Positions 10,673 to 22,600 of a stretch of DNA of 64,000 nt are shown here, one piece after another. Positions within the stretch are counted from its first letter, which is position 1; the number at the start of each line of letters is the position of its first letter. Under the pieces are notes generated by a model. The model saw only the letters and a program-made list of their open reading frames with translations. It made no database searches and was not told the origin of the DNA. The stretch spans positions 1,876 through 65,875 of the forward strand of contig NW_021824846.1 in the NCBI RefSeq assembly GCF_006345805.1, read 5' to 3'. The translations under genes and the position numbers were made by a program. The stretch is from Octopus sinensis. Lineage: Eukaryota.

Positions 10673-10739
10673 CTATGCTGACGAGATTGCAGGTATCCAT
10701 GTGCGTGGATATTAACAATCGAAACTGATCGGTACATAG
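10673..10739 (+). ncRNA. Type I hammerhead ribozyme
   Basis: CTATG-CTGACGA-GATTG...CAATC-GAAA-CTGATCGG-TA^CATAG. 5-bp stems I and II, inner hairpin TATCCAT/GTGGATA, near-palindromic stem III ACTGATCGGT, GUA site (A17 = 10734). Confidence 0.85.
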
Positions 10740-10948
10740 GTAATCATTTTTATTTCGTATATTTTCATTTGTCTTGCTTATTTTTAATGCTTGTACTGAG
10801 TTTTCTTGAGAACATATTCTTTGTGGAAAATAGCAATTTGACTTCTAGCATGTTGATCGTCCACTTTTAGTGGTCAGTCCTCTAAATTTTATATATATAT
10901 ATATGAATGAATGAAAGAATGGAGTCGAACGAAGATGTTAACAAAATT

Positions 10949-11041
10949 CCTTTACTCTCGACATATGTTTCGAAGACAACATGGTTTCATTCCAAAGGAA
11001 TAAAGGGTGCATTATGCAATCTTCTTATCAGGAAAGAAAGG
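10949..11041 (-). ncRNA. Type I hammerhead with G8A core change (probably inactivated)
   Basis: Minus strand reads CCTTTCTTTC-CTGATAA-GAAGA...TCTTC-GAAA-CATATG-TC^GAGAG(T)AAAGG. 10-bp bulged stem I, palindromic stem III ACATATGT, C17 = 10960. Confidence 0.7.
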
Positions 11042-11147
11042 GAGCCTCTCTCGACAACAAGACAAACAAAAATTTCGATGACTGCCTACATGGTAAACAA
11101 AACGATAATGAGTGCTTTTTAAAAAAACCGTTAGAAGAATTGACGTC

Positions 11148-14100
11148 ATTTCCGCAATCTCCGGGTATTCCCGGCAATTTTCGGCAATCTCCGGCTATTT
11201 CCGCCTATTTCCGGCAGATTTCAAATTTTCCCTAAGAATTTTTGAAAATTTTTCCGAAAATTAATTCAAAATTATCTCCCAAAATTTTTCTCAAAATATT
11301 TTGACAATTTTTTCCGACAAAATTTTCCTCAAAGATTTTCGAGAATTTTCCACCCAAATTTTTGAAGCTTTTTCCCAAGAATTTTCCTCAAAAATTTTTG
11401 GAAAATTTATGAAAATTTTCCTCAAACCTCCTGTAAATTCCGGGTATCTCCGGCAAATTCCGGTATTTCCTAGAAATTCCGGTAATTTCCGGCAATTTCG
11501 GTAATCTCCGGAAATTTCCGGCAATCTCCTTTAGAAAACCTTTTTGAAAATTTTTCCTAAAAATTTTTCTAAAAAATATTCCTCAAACATTTTTGAAAAG
11601 TTTATGAAAATTTTCCTCAAATCCCCTGTAAATTCCGGGTATCTCCGGCAAATTCCGGTAATTTCCTAGAATTTCCGGAAATTTCCGGTAATCTCCGGAA
11701 ATATCCGGCAAACTTTTTTTGAAAGTTTTTCCTAAATTTTTTTCATAAAAATTTTTCAAAATTTTCCTTAAAAAGTTTTTGTAAATTTTTCCCAAAAATT
11801 CTTCAAAATTTTCATCAAGAATTTTTGAAAATTTTCCCGAAAAATTTTTTTTTAATTTATGAAAATTTCCCCCAAATCTTCTAAAAACTCCAGGTATCTC
11901 TGGCAAACTATGGATATCTCTGGTAATTTCCGACATTTTCCTGCAATTTCCGGATATTTTCTGTAATCTCCGGCAATTTCCTAAAAACTTTACGCCAATT
12001 TCCGGTTATTTCCGGCAACTTTTGGCAATCTCCACATATTTCCGGCAGATTTCAAAATTTCCCCAAAAAATTTTTGAAACTTTTCTCCAGATATTTTTGA
12101 AAAACTTTTTGAAATTTTCCCCAAAATTTTTGAAAAATTCTTTAAAAGATTTCCCCAAAAAGATTTGAAAAAGTTTTTGAGAATTTTGTAAAATTTTTAA
12201 AGAAACTTTTCAAAAAGTTTTTCAAAAATTTTTGGGGAAAATTTTGAAAAAATTTTCAGGAAAGTTTTCGAAAAATTTTTGAAAGAGTTTTGAGGAAAAC
12301 TTTTTTTAATTTTGCAAACAATTCCAGGAAAATTTTCGAAATACTTTTCAAAATTTTCCCCCAAAATTTTTTTAAATTATTTCAAGATTTTCATGAAAAA
12401 CTTTTGAAAATTTCTACCCCAAAACTTTGAAAATTTTTGCCATAAATTTTTGAAAAATTTTCGAAAATTTTCGTCAAAAGTTTTTGATAATTTTCACAAA
12501 AATATTTGAACATTTTTCCTATATATTTTTGTAAATTTTAAAAAAATTTTCCTCAAAAATTTTTGAAAATATTCCCCAAAAATTTTTGAAAATTTTATAC
12601 AAATTTTCTGCCATTTCCAGTTATCCCCGGCAATTTCCGAGAATCTCAGGCAATTTCCGGATATCTCCGGTAACATCCGTCAACATCCGGCAATTTCCGA
12701 TAATTTCCGGCAATCTCTGGCAGTTTTCCGTCAATTTTCGGAAATCTCCGACAATTTGCTGCAATTCCCGGTAATCTGCGGCAATTTTCGGTAAACTCCG
12801 GCGATTTCCGGATATTTCCGACAATTTCTGGCAATTTCCGGTTATCTCTTGCAATCTCCGGTAACTCCCGGTATTTTCCGGTAATCTCCGGTAAATTCCA
12901 CAATCTCCGGCAGTTTCCGCTAATCTTCGGGAATTTACGGCATATATGGCTTTTTCAGGTAATTTCCGGCCATTTTTGGCAATCTCCGACAATTTACGGT
13001 AGTTTCCTGCAATTTCTGGTAATTTCCGTTAATCTCTTGCAATCTCCGGTAACTTCCGGAATTTTCCGGTAATTTCTGGAAATTTCCGTTAATTCCGGTA
13101 ATATCCGTCAATCTCCGTCGGTATCCGTCAATTTCCGGTAATCTCCGGTAAATTGGGTAATTTCCGGAAATCTCCATTAATTTCCGGTAATCTGGAATTT
13201 TCCGGCAATTCCCGGTAATCTTCGGTAAATTCCGGCAGTTTACGGCAATCTTCGATAGTTTCCGTCAATTTCTGGTAATCTCCGACGGTTTCCGGCAATC
13301 TCCGACAGATTCCGGCAATTTCCGGTAATCTTCGTTTATTTCCGGCAGTATCCGTCAGTTTCCGGCAATTTCCGGCAATCCCCGTCGAATTCCGACTATC
13401 TCCGACAATTTCCGGTAATCTCCGGCAATCCACGGCAATTTTCGACAATTTCCGGCAATTCATTAATGGAAATTTTTTTTTGAAAATTTTTCTCCAAAAT
13501 TTAAAAGAATTTTCGCCAACAATTGTTGAAAACTTTTCCCAAATATAATTCAAAATTTTCTCCCAGAATTTTCCGTAAACATTTTTGACAATTTTTCTAA
13601 AATATTTTTGAAAATTTTTTTAAAAAACTTTTGAAAATTTTCCCCTAGAATTTAAGAAAAAATTATTCAAAATTTTCCTTCAAAATTTTGAAATCTTCCG
13701 GAAATTGGCGGAAATAGCCGAAGATTGCCGGAAATTGACGGAAATTACCGCAGATTGCTTGAAATTGCCGGAGATTACCGAATAGACCCTTAAATATCCG
13801 GACATTACCGGAATTTCTGGAAATTGCTGGAGATATTCGCAGTTTGCCGGGGATACCCTGAGTTTGCCGGAGATGTGACAAAAACTTTCATAAATTTTTC
13901 AAAATTGTTAGGGAAAAATTTTGAAAAAGTTTTGGGAAAAATTTTCAAAATATTTGTGAAGAGAATTTTAGAAAAGTTTTCGTGGAAAATTTTGGGGCAT
14001 AATTTTGAAAATGTTTTGGGAGAAATTTTCAAACTTTTTGGAAATTTTTGAAATCTGCCGGAAATTCACGGAAATTGCCGGAGATTGCTGAATATTGTCG

Positions 14101-15805
14101 GAAAATACCGGAAAATGCCGGAAGTTACCGGATATTGCAAGACATTACCGGAAATTGCCTGAGATTGCAAGAAATTCCCGGAAATTACCGATAATTGCCA
14201 GAAATTAACGGTGGTTACCGGAAATTGCCGGAAATATAGGGAAATGCCGGAGATTACCGGGAATTACAGGAAATTTCCGGAGCTGCCGAAAATTTCCGGA
14301 AAACGCCGGAGATTGTCGGAAATTTCCGGAGCTGCCGAAAATTTCCGGAAGTTGCCGGAGCTGCCGAAAATTTCCGGAAGTTGCCGGAGATTGCCGGAAA
14401 TTGTCGGAAATATTCGGAGATTACCGGAGATTGCCGGAAATTACCGGCGATGTCCGGTGTTTACCTTAGATTTGGAAAAGTTTTTAAAATTTTACAAAAA
14501 TTTCTGGGAAAAATATTCAAAAATTTTGGGTGAAAATTCTCTAACTTTTAAGGAAAATTTTTCAAAAATTTTTGGGAAATATTTTCAAAAATGTTTGAGG
14601 AAATTTCAAAAATTTTTGAGGCAAATTTTCAAAAAATTTTTTAAAGGGTATTGACGAAAATTTTTTTTTCAAAAAATTTGAGGAAAATTTAAAAAAATTT
14701 TTCAAAATTTAAAGAAATTTTCTTTATAAAATTTTTCAAAATCTTACTCAAAAATTTTTGAAAATTATTTGAAACTATTCCACAAAACTTTTGAAAATTT
14801 TCTTAAACAATTTTTTAAAGTTTCTACCAAAAATTTTTGCAAATTTTCGTCAAAAATTTTTTCAAATTTTCCCCAACAATTTTTGGAATAATTATACCAA
14901 AAATTTTTTTTTTAATTTTTTGAAAATTTTCCTAAAAGATTTTGAAAATTTTCCTCAAAGATTTTTGAAAATTCTTCCCAAAATTATTTGAAAAATTTTC
15001 CTTAAAACTTTTTGAGAATTTTCCAAAAAAACTTTTGAATATTTTTTCTCAAAATTTTTGTAAAATTTTTGAAAATTTTCCCCAAATATTTTTGAAAAAT
15101 TTATGAAGATTTTCCTCAAATCTCCGGAAAACTCCGGGTAGCTCCGGTAATTTCCTTAAAAATTTCCGCTAATTTCCGGCAATCTTCGGCTATTTCCGGC
15201 AGATTTCAAAATTTTCCCCAGATATTTTTGAAAAATTTTTTGAAAATTTTGAACAACTTTTGAGGAAAATTTTTTGAAAATTTTCAAAAAATGTTTCAGA
15301 AATTTTTTCAAAATTTTCATAAATTCCCCAAACATTTAAAAAAATTATTTCAACATTTTCCTCAAAAACTTTTGAAAATCTCGACAACAAATTTCTGAAA
15401 AGTTTTCCCCAAAATTTTTGAAAACTTTCAAGAATTTTTGAAAACTTTCCTCAAAAATTTTTGAAAAATTTATGAAAATTTTCTTCAAATCTCCGGCAAA
15501 CTCCGGGTATCTCCAGCAAACGAATATCTCCGGTAATTTCCGGCAATTTCCGGTAATTTCCCTAAAAATTTCCGGCAATCTCTGGCTATTTACGGCAGAT
15601 TTTAAAATGTTCCCCAAAATTTCTTGAAAAATTTCTTTAAAATTTTATCCAAAATTTTTGAAAAATTTTTTGAATTTTTTCCCCAAAAAGATTTGGAGGA
15701 TAGTTTTCAAAAATTTTTCAAAAATTTTTGGTGAAAATTTTAACAATTTTTTGAAAGTTTTCCCCAAAAAGATTTGAAAAATATTTTGAGAATTTTCAAA
15801 AGTAT
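11148..15805. repeat. Biphasic complex tandem repeat: ~9-10 nt ATTTCCGG(C/T)A-type blocks alternating with AAAATTTT-rich blocks; internal inversion ~13700-14460
   Basis: The junction motifs AAAATTTATGAAAATTTTCCTCAAA..CC and TATTTCCGGCAGATTTCAAAATT recur, and appear reverse-complemented in the inverted part. Confidence 0.85.
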
Positions 15806-16100
15806 TTCAATTTGTGTGTGTGTGCACGCGCGCGCATTTATGCGTATGTGTAACCAACCATGAAGAACAAATCAACAATACAAAGAAATAAAATACCAAT
15901 CTCTTTAAAACGGAAACCACTTTAAGAGCACGAGAATCACCATCCCACTACATTTACGCATTCAAAGCAGCTTGCCAACGGCCCTTCACCAACAACATAC
16001 CCTGATAGGCTTTGTGACTACTACTAAATTAAGGCCACTACAGAGAGATAGAATGTTCTTGAAGCCGAGGATTTTAAATTTACAGAGACAATATTTACAT

Positions 16101-16206
16101 ATCACCTGAGGAAACACAACTAGATCTCATAATGTAGGGAAATAGTTTCTTAATCAAGTACCTGCACATCTGAAGAACTACGTTGCGTCCAAACAATTGT
16201 AGTGAT
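16101..16206 (+). ncRNA. Decayed type I hammerhead remnant
   Basis: ATCAC-CTGAGGA-AACACAAC.TAGATCT...AGAACTACGTTGCGTC-cAAA-CAATTG-TA-GTGAT. Stems I and III are intact, stem II pairs about 12 of 16, G12 is changed to C. Confidence 0.55.
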
Positions 16207-16367
16207 TAAAAAATAAATGTCCAACCGTACTCTTCTTGTTGACTCCAATTTTTTCAATTATCTATTCACACACGACAGATGCCCAAACGCAAACCTGGAA
16301 ATACATATATACTGTATTCTACTATGTTCTTAACAGAATATACTATAATTATATATATACATATATA

Positions 16368-16496
16368 AGACGGGCTTCTTACGATTTACGTCAACCAGAT
16401 ATACTCACAAGTCTTTGGTCGGCCCGAGTCTATAGCAGAAGACACTTGCCCAAGGTGTCACGTAATAGTACTGAACCCAGAACCATGTGGTTGGGA
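16368..16496 (-). mobile_element. Partial SINE, same family as 9908
   Basis: Reverse complement of the 5' part of the 9908 SINE (GACACTTGCCCAAGGTG, GGTCGGCCCGAG on the + strand). Confidence 0.8.
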
Positions 16497-16556
<60 letters not shown>

Positions 16557-16759
16557 TATATATCTGTATATATATATACGGCAAGATGTGTGTGTGTGTG
16601 CGTACGTGATTGTAGTTTATGCACATCCACAAATTAGCACGCATGTCGCTCAAATTTTAGGAGGACATTCGTCAACATCCTATCTGGGTTTTGTCAGCTT
16701 ATTTTTTTCCCGAGGCACTCGCGGATAGCGGTAAAAATATATTTTCAGCCATAAGTTTT

Positions 16760-17055
16760 AGCGGTAAAAATTTATCTTCAGCCATAGCTTTTTGACAGCG
16801 TCTAACAAAAAAAAAACAAGATAAAGAAAAGTGCCTCTCTTCTTCGAGAGGTAGAAAGTTTCACGGGAAACATAAAGTGAGAGAGGGAGAGAGAGTAAGT
16901 GACAACGTTCATAAAAATCAATTTTCAGCCATAGCTTTCTGACGGCGTCTAACAAAAAAAAAACAAGATAAAAAAGTGGAAGAGAAGCAGAGTTTCACGG
17001 GAAAGACAAAGTGGGAGAGAGAGAGAGAGATTATGTGACGACGTTCATAAAATAT
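16760..17055. repeat. Diverged ~150-bp tandem duplication
   Basis: TTCAGCCATAGCTTT.TGAC.GCGTCTAACAAAAAAAAAACAAGATAAA ... GTTTCACGGGAAA ... ACGTTCATAAAA occurs twice. Confidence 0.8.
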
Positions 17056-17099
17056 AAAATGTAAAATGTTTTTCATTTCTTAAACACGAGATGTGTTTA

Positions 17100-19650
17100 C
17101 TGTACTTTTTACACAAAAACTTTTCATACTAATAACTTTTCAGTAAATATTAGTTAATTGATTAATAATAAGATTATATTTATCCAAGAGATCCCTAAAA
17201 TATCAAAAGTTTTCAGAAAACAAAATGTGTCAAAATATTGCAAATAAGGACTAAAAACCAAGAATTTTTCACTTTTTTATGCTTATTTGCAATATTTTCA
17301 CATTGTTTTCTGAAAACTTTTGATATTTTAGTGATCTCTTGGGTAAATATAATCTTATTATTAATACGTTAACTAATATTTACTCACAAGATATCAGTAT
17401 AAAATGCTTTTCTAAGAAAAATATCGACGCATATGTGTACAAATTATTTTGTGAAACAAGAAATTTGAGTTTACAATACTCAATATGCTCATTTGTAATA
17501 TTTCTGACATTTTCTGAAATCTTTTGTGATTTGAATGATCTCTGAAGTAAATATTATCTTATTAATTAATATTTACTAAAAAAAGTTACATAACATGTCA
17601 CAGAAACATAACATGTCACACATAGGCTAAAAAACACTAAAAAACAACAATTTCTTTTTTGCAAATTTGTTTACATTTTCATGCTTATTTACAAAATTTT
17701 GTGACAGTATTCTATGAAGTTTTGAGACCACAAAGTTGCAAATTGAAATTTGTTGTTTTTTAGTGTACCTATTACACATATGCGTCATCACTTTTCTAAA
17801 ACAACTTTTCATACTAATAACTTTTCAGTAAATATTAATAACTGACTTTTCATAAGTTTATATTTACCCAAGAGACCTTTGTAGTCACAGAACTTCATAG
17901 AAAACTAATGTCACAATATATTGCAAACATGCTATTTGCAAATAAAAAATCGTTTTTTAGATTACACATGTGACGTGTATTTTTGTTGAGAAAAACTTTT
18001 CATAGTAACTTAGTCCTTAGATGAGCAAAAGGTGTCAAGGTAGATGTAAGATCTCAGAAGGTCAAGCAAATGGAAGTCTCCTGGAGAGGATAAAATTCCT
18101 AATTTATTGTAGAATTCCTTCCCGGGAGCCATGAGATGCTAACCTAGTAGGATGCCTTTTTGGCTTGTTAATGGTTTAAAAGTGAAGAAACAAATGAACC
18201 AAAAACTATAGACTCATAACCTGCTTAAATATATAAAATATATAAAATATATAAAAACCTGTATAAAAAACCTGTATAAAAATCTATAGTTTTTTTAATA
18301 GATAGCAGCATATTCCCTAATGAACAGAACGGATGTTGTAAAGATCAGCTACTCATCAATAAGATGATCTTAGATGATTGTCACAAATGACTTGATAGCC
18401 TACCAGTAGCTGGATTAAGAAATGTCTGGAAATGTATAAAATAGCGCCTACTCTGAAAACTTTTTGTCTGTAAGTATGAGATCACTAACTCTGAAAAGTG
18501 ACGATGAATCTCAAAATGCTAGTGATGTAAAAATTTCATGTGGCATTTTCCAGTGCGACTCACTATCACCACTCCTATTTTGTTTAGCCTTAATACGTCT
18601 CTACACTAATTGATAATAAGATCTTAGTTAGGGACCAAAAAAGCATCAAAACTTTTCAGTATACAAAATGTGTCAAAATATTGCAAATAAGTACTAAAAA
18701 ACAACAAATTTGAATTTGCAATTTTATTTACTTTTTATGCTTGTCTGCAATATTTTGACACATTTTGTTTTCTGAAAAGTATTGTGACTTCAGTGATCTC
18801 TTGGCTGCTCAATTAGCAATTTTGTTCACATTTTTATGCCTATTTGCAAATTTTGGCACATTTTGTTATCCCATGTATAAATATAATATTATTAGTCAGT
18901 TAACTTATAGTTACCACTGAGATTACTGAAATCACAAAATTTTTCAGTGGATAAAATGTCTCATATTATTGCAAATAAGCATAAACATATTTACCAAAAA
19001 GATCACGGAAATCACAAATGTATTCGGAAAACAAACTTTGTCAAAATATTGCAAATGAGTAATAAAAAGCACCAAATTTGAATTAGCAATTTTATTCACT
19101 TTCTTACGGTTATTTGCAATATTTTGTCAAATTTTGTTATCAGAAAACTTCTGATAACGTAGTGATTTTTTGGATAAATATAATCTTATTATCAGTCAGT
19201 TTACTAATATTTAACAAAGATATCACTGAGACCACAAAAGATTTTGGAGAACAAAATGTGTCAAAATATTGCAAAATATATAAAAAAGAGATCAAAAATT
19301 CTAATTCGCATTTGTTGTATTTTTTCAGAAAACAAAATATGTCAAAATATTGCAAATAAGCATAAAGAAGTGAATAAAATTGCTAATTTAAATTTCTTCT
19401 TTTTTAGTACTTGGTTGCAATGGATAAAGATAATCAGTAAACCTATAATCACATTTGTGTTTTTTACTTTTTTATGCTTATTTGCAACTTTTATGATTTT
19501 AGTGATCCCTTTGGTAAATATAAGTTAACTAACTGATAATAAGATTATAGTTATCGAAGAGATCATTAAAATAACAAAAGTTTTCAGAAAAAAAAATGTG
19601 TCAAAATATTGCAAATAAGCATAAAAAATGAACAAATTGCTAATTCAAAA
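17100..19650. repeat. Diverged fold-back (alternating inverted) repeat related to the satellite, interrupted at ~18000-18620
   Basis: Example: 17182-17250 (TTTATCCAAGAGATCC...GTCAAAATATTGCAAATAAG) is mirrored by ~17282-17347 (CTTATTTGCAATATTTT...GATCTCTTGGGTAAA). Confidence 0.75.
18040..18460 (+). pseudogene. Reverse transcriptase fragment of an R4/Dong-like non-LTR retrotransposon, heavily deleted
   Basis: Manual translation gives the collinear motifs WKSPGEDKIPNF, PFWLVNGL, KSEETNEPKNYRLITCLN, IFPNEQNGC, CKDQLLINKMILDDCHK, DSLP and SWIKKCLEMYKIAPTL. Confidence 0.8.
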
Positions 19651-22600
19651 TGTCAAAATATTGCATATGTGTACTTGAAAAACAACGGAAAATTTAGTGA
19701 TCTTTTAACTGATGGATAAAATGCTTATATTTATCCAAGAGAACACTAAAATCTCAAATGTTTTCAGGTTAGTAAATGTCAAAATACAGCATATGTGTAC
19801 TTGAAAAAGAACAAAAAATTTAGTGATCTCTTAGCTAAATATAAGTTTATTGATTGATAAAAAGTTTATATTTATCCAAGAGAACACTAAAATCTCAAAA
19901 GTTTTCAGGTTAGAAAATGTCAAAATGTTGCATATGCGTACTTGAAAAACAACAAAAAATTTAGTGATCACTTAGCTAAATATAAGTTAACTGATTGATA
20001 AAAAGCTTATATTTATCCAAGAAAACACTAAAATCTCAAAAGTTTTCAGGTTAGAAAATGTCAAAATATGTGTACTTGAAAAACAATAGAAAATTCAGTG
20101 ATCTCTTAGCTAAATATAATTTAACTGATTGATGAAAAGCTTATAGTTATCAAAGAGAACAGTAAAATCTCAAAAGTTTTCAGGTTAGAAAATGTGAAAA
20201 TATTGCATATGCGTACTTGAAAAACAACAAAAAATTTAATGATCTAAATATACGTGTACTTGAAAAACAACAAAAGATTTAGTGATCTATTAGCTAAATA
20301 TAAGTTAACTGATTGACAAAAAGCTTATATTTATCGAAGAGATCACTAATATCTCAAAAGTTTTCAGGTTAGAAAAGTTAACTGATTGATAAAAAGCTTA
20401 TAGTTATCCAAGAGAACAGTAAAATCTCAAAAGTTTTCAGGTTAGAAAATGTGAAAATATTGCATATGCGTACTTGAAAAACAACAAAAAATTTAATGAT
20501 CTAAATATACGTGTACTTGAAAAACAACAAAAAATTTGGTGATCTCTTAGCTGAATATAAGTTAACTGATTGATAAAAAGCTTATATGTATCCAAGAGAA
20601 CACTAAAATCTCAAAAGTTTTCATGTTAGAAAATGTCAAAATATTGCATTTGCGTACTTGAAAAACAACAAAAATTTTAGTGATCTCTTAGCTAAATATA
20701 ATTTAACTGATTGATAAATGCTTATATTTATCCAAGAGAACACTAAACTCTCAAAAGTTTTCAGGTTAGAAAGTGTCAAAATATTGCATATGCGTACATG
20801 AAAAAAAACATGTGTACTTGAGAAACAACAGAAAATTTAGTGATCTATTAGCTAACTATAAGTTAACTGATTGATAAAAAGCTTGTATTTATCCAAGAGA
20901 ACACTAAAATCTTTTTAGTTAACTGATTGATAAAAACTTTTTATCCATCAGAATACAAAATGTCAAAATATTGCATATGTGTACTTGAAAAACTACGGAA
21001 AATTTAGTGATCTTTTAAATGATGGATAAAATGCTTATATTTATCCAAGAGACACTAAAATCTCATATGTTTTCAGGTTAGTAATGTCAAAATATTGCAT
21101 TTGCGTACTAGCTAAATATATTGCTAAAAAGCTTATATTTATCCAAGAGAACACTAAAATCTCAAAAGTTTTCAGGTTAGAAAATGTCAAAATATTGCAC
21201 ATCTGTACTTGAAAAACAACGAATAATTTAGTGATCACTTAGCTAAATATACGTTTATTGATTGATAAAAAGCTTATATTTATCCAAGAGAACACTAAAA
21301 TCTCAAAAGTTTTCAGGTTAGTAAATGTCAAAATACAGCATATGTGTACTTGAAAAGGAACAAAAAATTTAGTGATCTCTTAGCTAAATATACGTTTATT
21401 GATTGATAAAAAGCTTATATATATCCAAGAGAACACTAAAATCTCAAAAGTTTTCAGGTTAGAAAATGTCAAAATATTGCATATGCGTACTTGAAAAACA
21501 ACGAATAATTTAGTGATCACTTAGCTAAATATAAGTTAACTGATTGATAAAAAGCTTATAGTTATCCAAGAGAACAGTAAAATCTCAAAAGTTTTCAGGT
21601 TAGAAAATGTCAAAATATAGCATATGCGTACTTGAAAAACAACAAAAATTTAGTGATCACTTAGCTAAATATAAGTTAACTGATTGATAAAAAGCTTATA
21701 TATATTCAAGAGAACACTAAAATCTCAAAAGTTTTCAGGTTACAAAATGTCAAAATATTACATATGCGTACTTGAAAAACAACAAAAAATTTAGTGATCT
21801 CTTAGCTATATATAAGTTAACTGATTGATAAAAACAACAAAAATTTTAGTGATCTATTAGCTAAATGTAAGTTAACTGATTGCTAAAAAGCTTATATTCA
21901 TCCAAGAGAACAAAAATCTCAAAAGTTTTCAGGTTAGAAAATGTCAAAATATGTGTACTTGAAAAACAATAGAAAATTCAGTGATCTCTTAGCTAAATAT
22001 AATTTAACTGATTGATAAAAAGCTTATAGTTATCCAAGAGAACAGTAAAATCTCAAAAGTTTTCAGGTTAGAAAATGTGAAAATATTGCATATGCGTACT
22101 TGAAAAACAACAAAAAATTTAATGATCTAAAAATACGTGTACTTGAAAAACAACAAAAGATTTAGAAATCTATTAGCTAAATATAAGTTAACTGATTGAT
22201 AAAAAGCTTATATTTATCCAAGAGAACACTAAAATCTCTAAAGTTTTCAGGTTAGAAAATGTCAAAATATAGCATATGCGTACTTGAAAAACAACAAAAA
22301 ATTTAGTGATCACTTAGCTAAATATAAGTTACTGATTGATAAAAAGCTTATATTTATCCAAGAGAACACTAAAATCTCAAAAGTTTTCAGGTTAGAAAAT
22401 ATCAAAATATAGCATATGCGTACTTGAGAAACAACAAAAAATTTAGTGATCTCTTAGCTGAATATAAGTTAACTGATTGATAAAAAGCTTATATGTATCC
22501 AAGAGAACACTAAAATCTCAAAAGTTTTCATGTTAGAAAATGTCAAAATATTGCATTTGCGTACTTGAAAAACAACAAAAATTTTAGTGATCTATTAGCT

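Noticed and set aside
11291-15617. Repetitive RRLPEI / GNFRQF ORFs
   Set aside because: Stop-poor frames of the 9-nt repeat on both strands; no start context or domain.
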